From positions 1 through 64,000 of IMG/VR virus record IMGVR_UViG_2934470325_000001: a stretch of DNA of 64,000 nucleotides; one strand, written 5' to 3'. Positions 20,415 through 29,477 of the stretch are shown piece by piece. A model generated the notes under the pieces. That model was not told the DNA's origin, did not search any database, and was given only the letters and a program-made list of their open reading frames with translations. Within the stretch, counting starts at the first letter, position 1; each line of letters opens with the position of its first letter. This DNA is from a virus (taxonomy: Duplodnaviria; Caudoviricetes). The translations under genes and the position numbers were made by a program.

Positions 20415-20464
20415 GCCTCCGCCAAGCCGTGAGGGTGCCGGATCGAATCCGGCCGGAGGCACCA
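20415..20464 (+). ncRNA. tRNA-like mini-RNA 2 (50 nt)
   Basis: GCCTCCG/CGGAGGC acceptor, GCCGG-ATCGAAT-CCGGC T-arm, A-CCA; only 15-nt connector. Confidence 0.75.
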
Positions 20465-20501
20465 CACCAGACCGCCACCTCAACCCGAAGGAGTACCGAC
20501 C

Positions 20502-23152
20502 ATGCCGCAGATGCAGGCCCGGCCTGGGCGGAAGAAGACCCGCCGGCTCGACCAGCCGCGCGTACTCAACCCGCGACGCAAGACCCCCGGCCCGCTCGCC
20601 ACAGCCCTCGCCGACGCACACAACAACGCGGTGAAGGCGTACGGCTCCGACAGCGGCGGCTTCCATGCCTTCCACCCGGCGCGCTGCGAGTCGGCGGGAG
20701 TGTGGGACGGAGGCTTCCCGGCCGACACGGTGGTGACCCGCCTGTCGTGGGGGCTGATCGATCCGGAGTTGGCGCAGCGCATTCTTGAAGGCGACGGGGT
20801 GGAGTGACCATGCATCGGGTAGAGCCCCACCACATTCGCGCCGTCGCGTCCCTTGGCCGCCGAACGGCGCTCATCGCCACCCCGGCAGGCCCCCGTCTGG
20901 TCAGTGCGGCAACCAACGGAACTCTTCTCACGCGAACGCAGCTCGCCGAAGCGGCACGCCAGGAAGGCACGACGCTCGCCCTGTACGTAAACGCGAACGC
21001 GGAGAGAATCGCCGATCGGCTCAACGCCGACCTTGAGGCCAAGGAGCCGTGACCATGCCGAAGCCGCACCCCACCGACCCCCGTGCCATCGCCGAGTACG
21101 CCGCCCTCATCGCCTTCACCTACGACATCCACGCCCCCCAGTACAACCTGACCGATCAGCAGTGGCAGGCCGCCGAACAGTGGCTCAACGACTACAAGGG
21201 CCCCGCCAGCATCGAAGAGAAGGTGACCTTCGACGCGGTCGCCACGATGGTGCACGACCTGCCGGTACTGGGCTGGACGGCCGACGAAGAGGCTGTCGCG
21301 CTGCGGATGATCGCCGCACACGAGCAGGCGTGGGCCGGGGCATCCAACCTCGACGCCGACGGCGCACAGGTGGTGGGGAAGCCGTGACGATGCCCCTGCC
21401 CGACCCGCCCGCCGTCTACCGCGACGGCGCAGTCATCGGCCTGAGAGCATCCGGCGAACGCACCCGCTGGTACAACCGCGACGACCTCGCCACCGCCTAC
21501 CTGCTGTGGCTCGACACCGACCCGAGCACCCCCAAGCCAGACCAGGCGTGGCAGGTCCGAACCGAACTGATGTCCACCGGGGAACTCGACCATCGGGAGG
21601 CGTGGGCGTTGACCATCGCCGCGTCCATGTGCCTCACCCACAACATCGAGCCGTGAAGGAGGCTGACCGTGACTGACCTGACCGATGCCCTCCGGGCACA
21701 GATCCTTACCCAGCTCGCCGACTGGGCCGACAGCGATGACCCTGGCACCGGATACGACGCCATCATCCGCATGCACGATGCCTTGCGCGCTGTCGTATCC
21801 GATCCGACGCTGGGCGACACACACCTTGCGACCATCGCCGTTGAGCTTGGAATCGCCGCGAATGGGGCCAGCCGTGGCTGACCTGTCGAAGATCGACCAT
21901 CCGCTCATCGCCACCCAGCAGCAAACCTGCTGGGTCTGCCCCGACCAGTGGGAAGGCACCCTCACCGACGGCAGCCTCTTCTACTACCGGTACCGCAGCG
22001 GCTGGGCATCCCTCGGCATCGCAGCACCCGGAGGTGAACCGGCTGCCGACCCGGGCGAGGTGGGCGTCGCATGGGGGGATCCGCTGCAAGGCGGCTTCGA
22101 CAGCGACGACGACCGGACCCGCGTGTTCACGCTGCTGCTGCTTCGCCGGCTCGACGCGGAAGTTGTTCCGCCGCCACGGCGTTGACACCCCGCGCCAGCC
22201 AACCCATTCGAGGAGACACCGCCCGTGAAGACGTGGACCATCCAACCCATGCACGGCCGCATCAACCAGTCCATCCGCGACGCCCTCGGCCTCGACGTGT
22301 CCGAGAACTACGGGCAGTGGATCATCACCGCCCCCACCATCACGCTCGCCGTGCACATGCTGCGCGACCGAGGTTTCCCCGGCTGGCCCAGCAGCGGTCC
22401 CGGCCTCATCAAAGCCATAGGGCCGGCTGTTGAGGCTCTGGCCGCTGCCGGCCGGCTCGACCAGCAGGCCGTGATGGTGTGCCCGAGGTGGGCGCGGGAC
22501 GGCGACCCGGTGGCAGTCGTAGACAAGGGCGGCGACGCCCGGCGCATCGGCGTCATCAACGGCGGCCGGTTCACCCCGGACGGCGACCACCTGACCGGCC
22601 CTGAGCGTGCCGCCATGGACGCCTGGACGCGGGGGAGCGCAGACACCACCGGCATGCTGTACGCCGTCCGCGCCGCCCTTGCTGCCGCCGGCCGTGTCGT
22701 GACCCCCGAAGCCCGCGACCGGCTCGCCAAGCACCTGTACCTGCGGTCGGTCAACGCTGACTGGCGCGACCACCACGAACTCCTGTGGGACCGCCGATCC
22801 GAGAACGTCGACTTCGACGCCGTCTACGCGGAAGCCGACGCGCTGCTCGCCGTCATCACCGGGAAGGACACCTGACATGCAACGCACCCGACCCGACATC
22901 ACCGGCATGACCCAACCCGTGCGCTGCCTCCGCTGCCACCGTGGCGTGTACGACCTCGGGAAGGTGGAAGTCACCGCCCGATACACCGACTGCTCCATGT
23001 GGAAAACCCCGTGCTGCGGGTCGGTGGTCGACGACCGGGGCGAGACGGGTTGGACGTCGCGGAAGGGCTACGAGCGCATCGACCCCGACAACCCGTACGG
23101 CTGGCGGGAAGACGTGGACATGTACGGGCGGGCGGTGGTGTGGCGTGGCTGA
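20502..23152 (+). other. run of hypothetical phage genes (20502-20807, 20804-21052, 21049-21387, 21389-21656, 21669-21881, 21874-22185, 22225-22875, 22877-23152)
   Basis: coupled ORFs, RBSs. Confidence 0.6.
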
Positions 23153-23489
23153 CACCGCAATCCGTGCCACCTGCCACGGCAAACTCGTCCGAGACCGCAT
23201 CCCCGACATCATCACCGCTCGCGGCGGACGACCAGCCACCATCACCCTCACCGGCAGCGCCTACCGGGCTGCGCTCATCGCCAAGCTGCACGAGGAAACC
23301 GGCGAACTGGCAGACGCCAGCCCTGCCGAACGGCTCGCCGAGCTGGCCGACATCTACGAGGTGGTTGCCGCGCTCACCGCCGAACTGGGGTACACCGCAG
23401 AGCAGGTGCGTGAGGCTGCCGCTGTCAAGCGGGCTGAGCGGGGCGGCTTCGGCCGGCGGGTGTGGCTGGGGTGGGTCGACCATGACTGA
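23145..23489 (+). CDS. MazG-like nucleoside-triphosphate pyrophosphohydrolase
   Basis: GKLVRDRIPDII...KLHEETGEL...ELADIYEV. Confidence 0.85.
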   Translation: MADTAIRATCHGKLVRDRIPDIITARGGRPATITLTGSAYRAALIAKLHEETGELADASPAERLAELADIYEVVAALTAELGYTAEQVREAAAVKRAERGGFGRRVWLGWVDHD

Positions 23490-23889
23490 CGGCAACACTG
23501 GGCCCGCCGGCCGCGCCGCCGGCCGCGTCGACTTCCGGCTCACCTACGCCCGCACCGGCCACCCCCGCACCGTGCAGCCGGGAGCCCTAGACGGCCCCAC
23601 CATCCCCTGCGCCTACGGCGGGCGCGACGGCCAGGACGGCGGCTGGTATGACGCCCGCGACGACCCACCGCCGGACGCCCGCAGCGAGGCCGACTGGGTT
23701 GACCGGTACGCCGGGTACGCCATCAACGAGGCCGTCCACGAAGCCCTGGAGTGGTTCCGGGTGGACGGCAAGCCGTGGCTGGATCCTCACGGTAGCCCGC
23801 AGCATGAGGATGAGGTGGGGGCGGCGGTGGATGAGCTGGTGGGGAGGCTCGCGGAGATTCGGGCGCGTCGGGTGGCGGGGCGGTCGTGA
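23482..23889 (+). CDS. hypothetical protein
   Basis: AVHEALEWFRVDGKPWLDPH; overlaps upstream stop. Confidence 0.6.
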   Translation: MTDGNTGPAGRAAGRVDFRLTYARTGHPRTVQPGALDGPTIPCAYGGRDGQDGGWYDARDDPPPDARSEADWVDRYAGYAINEAVHEALEWFRVDGKPWLDPHGSPQHEDEVGAAVDELVGRLAEIRARRVAGRS

Positions 23890-23964
23890 TGTGACGGGGT
23901 GTGGTTGTGGTGGGGCCGGTCGCCTGGGGTGGCCGGCTCTGCTGGTTGTGCAGGTCAAACCGTG

Positions 23965-24002
23965 TTGCTATGATCTCCATATCTTGCTATGATATGCATA
24001 TC
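23965..24002 (+). promoter_or_regulatory. promoter built from a 19-bp tandem repeat
   Basis: TTGCTATGATCTCCATATC / TTGCTATGATATGCATATC; TTGCTA-17bp-TATGAT. Confidence 0.75.
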
Positions 24003-24019
24003 AAATAGAGGAGCACGCG

Positions 24020-24328
24020 ATGCCGAACCTGACCCTCACCCCCAACCGCCTCGCGGTCCTCCGCGCCGTCAAGGCCGGTGACGTGAAGCACCACAAGAGC
24101 TGGCAGACCGGGAAGGTCAGCGACCTGTGGAAGGTCGACGAATACACCACGAAGAACGTCACCGGCACCTGCAACTACCTCACCAACACCACCCCCCGCT
24201 TGATCCGCCCCGGCCGCCGCACCGGGTCGTCTGTCCTCTCACCCCAGGTGTGGGAGCTGACCGACGAGGGCGAGAAGGTCCTCAACGACCACGACGCCGC
24301 GCAGCCCACCGCCAGCAAGGAGGCGTGA
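24020..24328 (+). CDS. wHTH-like hypothetical protein
   Basis: LTPNRLAVLRAV...WELTDEGEKVL. Confidence 0.7.
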   Translation: MPNLTLTPNRLAVLRAVKAGDVKHHKSWQTGKVSDLWKVDEYTTKNVTGTCNYLTNTTPRLIRPGRRTGSSVLSPQVWELTDEGEKVLNDHDAAQPTASKEA

Positions 24329-24330
24329 CC

Positions 24331-24924
24331 ATGACCCGGCAGACCACCGCCCCGCTCACCAGCCACAACCTCGCCGCCATGAACCGCGAGGCATACGGCT
24401 ACGTCATCGCCCAACGCGAAGGCGAACTCATCCTCAACCCGCCCTACCAGCGCGGCGCAGTCTGGGACGACAACCAGCGCATCGGACTCGTCCGCTCCTG
24501 GATGACCGGCATCCCCATCCCCGCCGTCATCATCAACGTCCGCCGCTCCGCCTGGTGGACCGACACCACCGCCTTCGACCCCCGCTCCGACGACCCCGCC
24601 AGCGACGCCGTTGTGGACGGGCAGCAGCGGATCCGCACCACCCTCGCCTGGTTCTCCGGCGACTTCGCCGTCCCCGCCACCTGGTTCGAACCGGACATGG
24701 TCGCTGCCACCGAAGACACCGACGACGGCCGGTACGTCCGCTACATCGGCCTCACCCGCATCGGGCAGACCTGGTTCAAGCGGCAGGCGAAACTGCCGTA
24801 CATCGAAGCGAAGGTGGCCACCCTGCGCGAAGAGGCCGAGCTGTACCTACTCGTCAACGGCCAGGGCACTCCGCAGACCGACGCGGACATGGCCAACGCC
24901 GCCCGTGTCGCAGAGGGGAAGTAA
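24331..24924 (+). CDS. DUF262 (ParB-like) domain protein
   Basis: LNPPYQRGAVW, IPIPAVII, VVDGQQR. Confidence 0.85.
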   Translation: MTRQTTAPLTSHNLAAMNREAYGYVIAQREGELILNPPYQRGAVWDDNQRIGLVRSWMTGIPIPAVIINVRRSAWWTDTTAFDPRSDDPASDAVVDGQQRIRTTLAWFSGDFAVPATWFEPDMVAATEDTDDGRYVRYIGLTRIGQTWFKRQAKLPYIEAKVATLREEAELYLLVNGQGTPQTDADMANAARVAEGK

Positions 24925-24926
24925 CC

Positions 24927-25169
24927 ATGGCCATCCTCACCCTGACCGCCACCCGAGCCGACGCCCTCCGCGCCGTCGCCGACCACCAGGTGTACGAGCG
25001 CGGCGGTTTCTACTACCGCTACACGCCTCGCGACTCGGTCGACATCACCACCATCATCTGGATGTTCGAGGGCCTCAGCGAGCCGCTGGTCCGGTGCGGT
25101 GACGACCGGTTCTTTGCCCTCACCGACGCCGGAGAGAAGGCCCTCGCCGAGTATGAGGCGCAGAAGTGA
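24927..25169 (+). CDS. wHTH-like protein, paralogue of 24020-24328
   Basis: LTATRADALRAV...FALTDAGEKAL. Confidence 0.65.
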   Translation: MAILTLTATRADALRAVADHQVYERGGFYYRYTPRDSVDITTIIWMFEGLSEPLVRCGDDRFFALTDAGEKALAEYEAQK

Positions 25170-25879
25170 CCGACAAGGCCGACCTGCTCGACCAGCTCGC
25201 CACCATCCGCCCCCGACGCCAAGCCCTCGACACCGAAGAACTCCAACTCGTCGCCGACCTACGCGCCGCCGGCTGCCCGTGGAGGCTCATCGCCGAAGCC
25301 CTCGCCCGGGAAACCCCCAACGTGATCGCCACGTTCAAGCCGAAGCTCCAGGAAACCCGCACTGTCCGCGTACGACCGAAGGAGAACGCCGAAACCGAGC
25401 CGACCATGACCACCCCCACCACCCCGACAGCCCTGCCCACCTTCACCCCCGGCTGCACCATCCACATCCCCGCCGGCATTCACGGCGCACGCCCTCTCCG
25501 CCTCCAGGTAACCTCCCAACGCAACAACCCCGACGGCAGCATCCACGCCGTCGGCCGGGCCGTCCGCGTCGACGGCACCCTCGGCCGGCAGACCGGCGTC
25601 ACCCTCCACCCCGTCTACGCCCCGCGCCTCACCATCGACAGCCCTCACGACGACATGGCCGCCGGTATCACCGCACAGGGCCGCAGCTACGCCATCGCCC
25701 GCGCTGGCAGCACCGTGTACGTGTGGGGCGACAGCGACACCCCCAAGGAGATTCACTGCGGCAGCGGCATCGAGGCCGCCACCCGGTTTCGGGAGATCAC
25801 CGGCCGGGGCCAGGGCAGCCCGCACCGCACCCCACAACCGGAGGAGAAGCACCGTGGGATACAAGACCGCCAAGCTTGA
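25166..25879 (+). CDS. HTH-containing hypothetical protein
   Basis: LRAAGCPWRLIAEALARE; possible internal start at 25406. Confidence 0.55.
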   Translation: MTDKADLLDQLATIRPRRQALDTEELQLVADLRAAGCPWRLIAEALARETPNVIATFKPKLQETRTVRVRPKENAETEPTMTTPTTPTALPTFTPGCTIHIPAGIHGARPLRLQVTSQRNNPDGSIHAVGRAVRVDGTLGRQTGVTLHPVYAPRLTIDSPHDDMAAGITAQGRSYAIARAGSTVYVWGDSDTPKEIHCGSGIEAATRFREITGRGQGSPHRTPQPEEKHRGIQDRQA

Positions 25880-26030
25880 GGTGTACGGCTACCTGTCCAA
25901 CCACAACAGCGACCAGGACGACGCCGACCAGCAGGCGTGGGAGATGTTCGCTGCCGAGGTGCGCGAGATGGCCGCCCGCCCCGAGTACGCCGACCTCAAC
26001 CTGATGGTCAACGACTGGACCTGACCCCAA

Positions 26031-26081
26031 CCAGCGAGCAGGGCCGCCCTATCACGGTGGGCGGCCCTCACCGTTCGCTGG
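26031..26081. terminator. hairpin terminator between convergent units
   Basis: AGGGCCGCCC/GGGCGGCCCT stem extended by CCAGCGA/TCGCTGG. Confidence 0.65.
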
Positions 26082-26147
26082 CGAGCAACCGAAGCAACTT
26101 GCTTCGCGTTTGCTTCGGTTTTGCTCCACCCCCGATGGCGGGTGCTA

Positions 26148-26969
26148 TCAGGGGGCGGCACCGTCAGGCAGGCTGAACCCCTCACGGAGCATCCAGTTCT
26201 CCAAAGCCGCCCCGTCCTGCTTGTCCATCAGCGACACGACATAGCTACCCGGCTTGGTGATCCGCTTGTCGGGCCGCTGCCTCAACGCGCTGTACACCTC
26301 GTTGACTGGGAAAACGCCGCGCTTCCAACCGTTGACCCCATCGGACACCACCCAGTCGCCGAAGACTTGCCGGAACTTGTCGCGGTCCTCGATCCACCAA
26401 CTGCCGGTGCTTGGTTCGGTGTCGGCTGCTGCGGCGTCACGATCATCGTCGGCTTGGTTTCCAGTCTTGCCCGCCCCGGAGTGAGCGGAGCGAGCGGAGG
26501 GGAGTCGGTTCGGTTCATTTCCCCATGGATCTAGTTCATCTTCATCTAGTTGTGGTTCATCTAGTTCGGGTGCGCGTTCGGATACCACGGGTGGTGTGCT
26601 GTTGATACCTGGGGTGGTATCCGGTTGAGCACTACCCCCTTCGTGCTTCGTCGGCCACGACACCACCGCCAGCGTGTACCGGTTCGACTCGTTGACGGCC
26701 CCGTTGCGCCGGCACTCCTTCTCCACCAGCCCTGCCGCAACCAACTCGTCTAGGTAGCGGTCGACGGCCCGCGAGTTCTTGAACCCCATCCGCTTGGAGA
26801 GGAACCCCCGCGACGGCCACACGTGAGAGTCGCCGCGCCGGTAGTTGAAGTGGGCGAGCATCAGCCCGTACAGCCATCCGGCGCTGATGCTGATCGTCCC
26901 GGCGGCGACGAGGTCTTGGATCTCGACGGGCAGCCGGACGTGTGGCGTTTCCTCGGCCGTGGCGTTCAT
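26148..26969 (-). CDS. second replication initiator-like protein (N-terminal wHTH)
   Basis: LYGLMLAH...VWPSRGFLSKRMGFKNSRAVDRYLDELVAAGLV...SNRYTL; internal DNA repeats. Confidence 0.8.
   Translation of the reverse strand: MNATAEETPHVRLPVEIQDLVAAGTISISAGWLYGLMLAHFNYRRGDSHVWPSRGFLSKRMGFKNSRAVDRYLDELVAAGLVEKECRRNGAVNESNRYTLAVVSWPTKHEGGSAQPDTTPGINSTPPVVSERAPELDEPQLDEDELDPWGNEPNRLPSARSAHSGAGKTGNQADDDRDAAAADTEPSTGSWWIEDRDKFRQVFGDWVVSDGVNGWKRGVFPVNEVYSALRQRPDKRITKPGSYVVSLMDKQDGAALENWMLREGFSLPDGAAP
26529..26618. repeat. putative second origin inside rep gene
   Basis: ATCTAGTT at 26529, 26544, 26559 (15-bp period); GATACCnnGGGTGGT at 26581, 26604. Confidence 0.6.
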
Positions 26970-27186
26970 CGCACACCACCGGCCGGTCGCACAGACGTGC
27001 GGAAAGGGTAGACTCTTACCCTAGTCATGGGTCGCCTCCTACCGGCGATCAAGGGCCCGGCCGGTGTTACCAGCACCGCGATTCCGGGCCCGTCTTCTTT
27101 TGTCCCCCCATCCTACCTGCTGTCCGGATCATGCCGGTCGCCGCCAACGCGCTGTGTGGCCTCGCTGAACGCTGGCACGACCGGCC

Positions 27187-27645
27187 CTACCGCATGTCCT
27201 GGTGCACCGCGTCCCGCAGATCCTCCACCGCCCGGCGCACCGCCACCACCTCCGGCGACCCCGGCGAAAGCGAAGCATCGTCGCCCGTCGGGAAACCATC
27301 CTGATCCATCGCCATTTGCAAGCCAGCCTGTGCGTCCCGCAACACCGCCCACGCGTTCTTCGTGCGCGGCAACCCCAGCAGCTCGATACGCGCCTCCGAC
27401 GGCACCGACGGCTGATACGACTTCCCTAGCTGCTCCACCTCTCGGACCGAGTCGCACAGAGCGGCAAGCCACTCCGTCTGCCGCTGACATTCTGCGATCA
27501 GATCCACGTACAGGGAGATCCGCGCCTCGTGCAGCAGGTTGGCCCGCTGATGGCTGGCCTGCCACCTCGACGCCAGGTAGGAGCCGACGAGAGCGAACAG
27601 GCCACCGGCGACCGCGCCGATAAGGGCAGACAGGAATTCGTTCAC
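27187..27645 (-). CDS. N-terminally membrane-anchored protein (moron)
   Basis: LSALIGAVAGGLFALVGSYLA TM followed by helical domain. Confidence 0.7.
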   Translation of the reverse strand: MNEFLSALIGAVAGGLFALVGSYLASRWQASHQRANLLHEARISLYVDLIAECQRQTEWLAALCDSVREVEQLGKSYQPSVPSEARIELLGLPRTKNAWAVLRDAQAGLQMAMDQDGFPTGDDASLSPGSPEVVAVRRAVEDLRDAVHQDMR

Positions 27646-27776
27646 CCGGCCAGGGTTGCAGCCGCCGACCACCCGGCGCGAGATGCTCCTAACTTCCTGC
27701 CAGTTGCTCCCAAGTTGGCAGCAACGTGCGCGGACGCGAGGAAGCCCCGGCCGGCAGCAGCCGAACCGGGGCCTAA

Positions 27777-27888
27777 TCGTCGTCCCGCCCGACTCGAACG
27801 GGCTGCGCTCCCAGCCGGGCCCACGTGCTCCGCCAAAGCTGCGGCGCGGGAATCCGGGTGTCACGCGTCAACGCGACACTGGGGGACA
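27777..27888 (-). ncRNA. tRNA-like structured RNA candidate (about 110 nt)
   Basis: GCCCG-TTCGAGT-CGGGC T-arm stacked on TGTCCC/GGGACG stem; TAAGAT -10 just upstream; hairpin downstream. Confidence 0.55.
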
Positions 27889-27897
27889 GTTCTCATC

Positions 27898-29298
27898 TTA
27901 CCCCAGCAGCACGTCCCGCCACCGCCACGCGAGTTCGAGGCACCCAGCCCCGGCGGGCGCGACACGGCCGGAGTCGAGCAGCCCTCGCACCCCCTCGGCG
28001 GTGAACGGGAACCGCTCCGACTCAACCCTGCCCTCGTCGTTGCGGTCCACGAAGTCGCGTGCCAACTCGTCGAACACCGGCGCATCCACGACCAGCACCG
28101 TCAGGATCTCCCCGACCAGGGTGAGCGCATCCAACGCCACCCCGAGACAGTGCACCGACAGCCGGCCCTCAGCCCGCGCCGCGTCGAGCACCGCGTACGG
28201 TCCCGCCGCGTAGTCGACAGGGCGACCGTGGCCGTCCGCCTCGGGCAGCCCGAACAACTCCTCACTCAGCTCGCGTTGGATGTTGCGCCAGATCGAGAAG
28301 TCCGCCTCACGCGCGGCAGGCAGCAGCGACGACGGCTGGAACACGCCGCTAGGAATGACCTGCAACATCCCGCCAGCAGCCGCCACGGCGCGAGGATCCC
28401 TCCGGTGTAGCAGGAGCTCACCCCGGTCGCCGTCGCGCCGGATCGTCAGCGTGGAAATGGCCGGCATCACCGGACGCCGGTCGAACGCGAACGGATCACC
28501 GACGAGCCGCCGGTACGGTAAATCCCGCAGCGACGGATCCGACGCCGGGTTGCCGTCAGCGTCCAAGGCGACGTACGCCAGCTCGTGCGCGAGGCTCTCG
28601 AACACGTCGGCCGCGCCAAAGTACGTGGTGTCACCGAACGCCAGCGTCGGCCGCGCCCAGTCCACGCCGAGCAGCCTCCACGCGTGCCGGTCCTCAAACA
28701 GCCTCGGCGGCGCTAGATCCCGCACCGCCCTCGTGTAGCGGGCGTAAGAGCGCATCAGCGACTCGTCGGGCAGTACCCGGGCAGCCTCGCGTTCCGTACC
28801 GTCCAGCATCGGCGGGGTAGCGTCTGGCACCTCGACCAGCGACACATCCGCCAGGTCGACGGGCGCGTCCGGAATCCAGCCAGGGCCGGCGATTAGGCCC
28901 GTTCCCGCCAACGCGTGACCCGGATACAAGCCGGCGGCCGTCTGCGCCAACTCGTGTCGGTGGGCGTTCAACAGCCTGCGGGTCGCAGTCCACCCGTCCT
29001 GCGAAGCCTGCACACGCGGATCCTGCTCAACGTCGCTCATGAAGTCCTCTGCGCTCGACCGGGCACGGGGAACACGTGTCGCCGGCCGGTCCGGGAAACC
29101 CAACGCGGGCACCTCCACCCCGAACAAGCCCGCCAACGCGCGCTGATACCGCAGAGACGGGACCTGCTCGCCCCGCTCCCACCGAGACACCTGATTGGCG
29201 GTCACCGCCACACCAGCCCGAGCAGCAACCTCCTGCTGGGTCAGTGCCGCCCGCGCCCGCAGCTCGGCGAGCCGGTTCGGTGCCTCAACGTCAGCCAT
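27898..29298 (-). CDS. XRE-family HTH fused to NUDIX-like domain
   Basis: LTQQEVAARAG...QVSRWERG; LLHRR...QVIPSGVFQP...IQRELSEELFG. Confidence 0.75.
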   Translation of the reverse strand: MADVEAPNRLAELRARAALTQQEVAARAGVAVTANQVSRWERGEQVPSLRYQRALAGLFGVEVPALGFPDRPATRVPRARSSAEDFMSDVEQDPRVQASQDGWTATRRLLNAHRHELAQTAAGLYPGHALAGTGLIAGPGWIPDAPVDLADVSLVEVPDATPPMLDGTEREAARVLPDESLMRSYARYTRAVRDLAPPRLFEDRHAWRLLGVDWARPTLAFGDTTYFGAADVFESLAHELAYVALDADGNPASDPSLRDLPYRRLVGDPFAFDRRPVMPAISTLTIRRDGDRGELLLHRRDPRAVAAAGGMLQVIPSGVFQPSSLLPAAREADFSIWRNIQRELSEELFGLPEADGHGRPVDYAAGPYAVLDAARAEGRLSVHCLGVALDALTLVGEILTVLVVDAPVFDELARDFVDRNDEGRVESERFPFTAEGVRGLLDSGRVAPAGAGCLELAWRWRDVLLG

Positions 29299-29477
29299 GG
29301 TGTTCACCCCCAGGTGGGCGTTGCGTCGGCGTCCGCACGTCAGCGTATGGGCGGCGTGTAGGCGACGCCCATGAGACGCCCACCAGTCGCCGAGTAGACG
29401 CCGTTCCGGTGCCGTGTCGGCCAGATCACGCTGGCATCACGGACAACGGAACCAGCGGGGGAGGCGGCGTGCGGCAG

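Noticed and set aside
20415-20464. Canonical tRNA gene or att site
   Set aside because: Too short for D and anticodon arms; no integrase nearby; the 5' acceptor strand is retained, unlike typical att duplications (cannot be fully excluded without the host genome)
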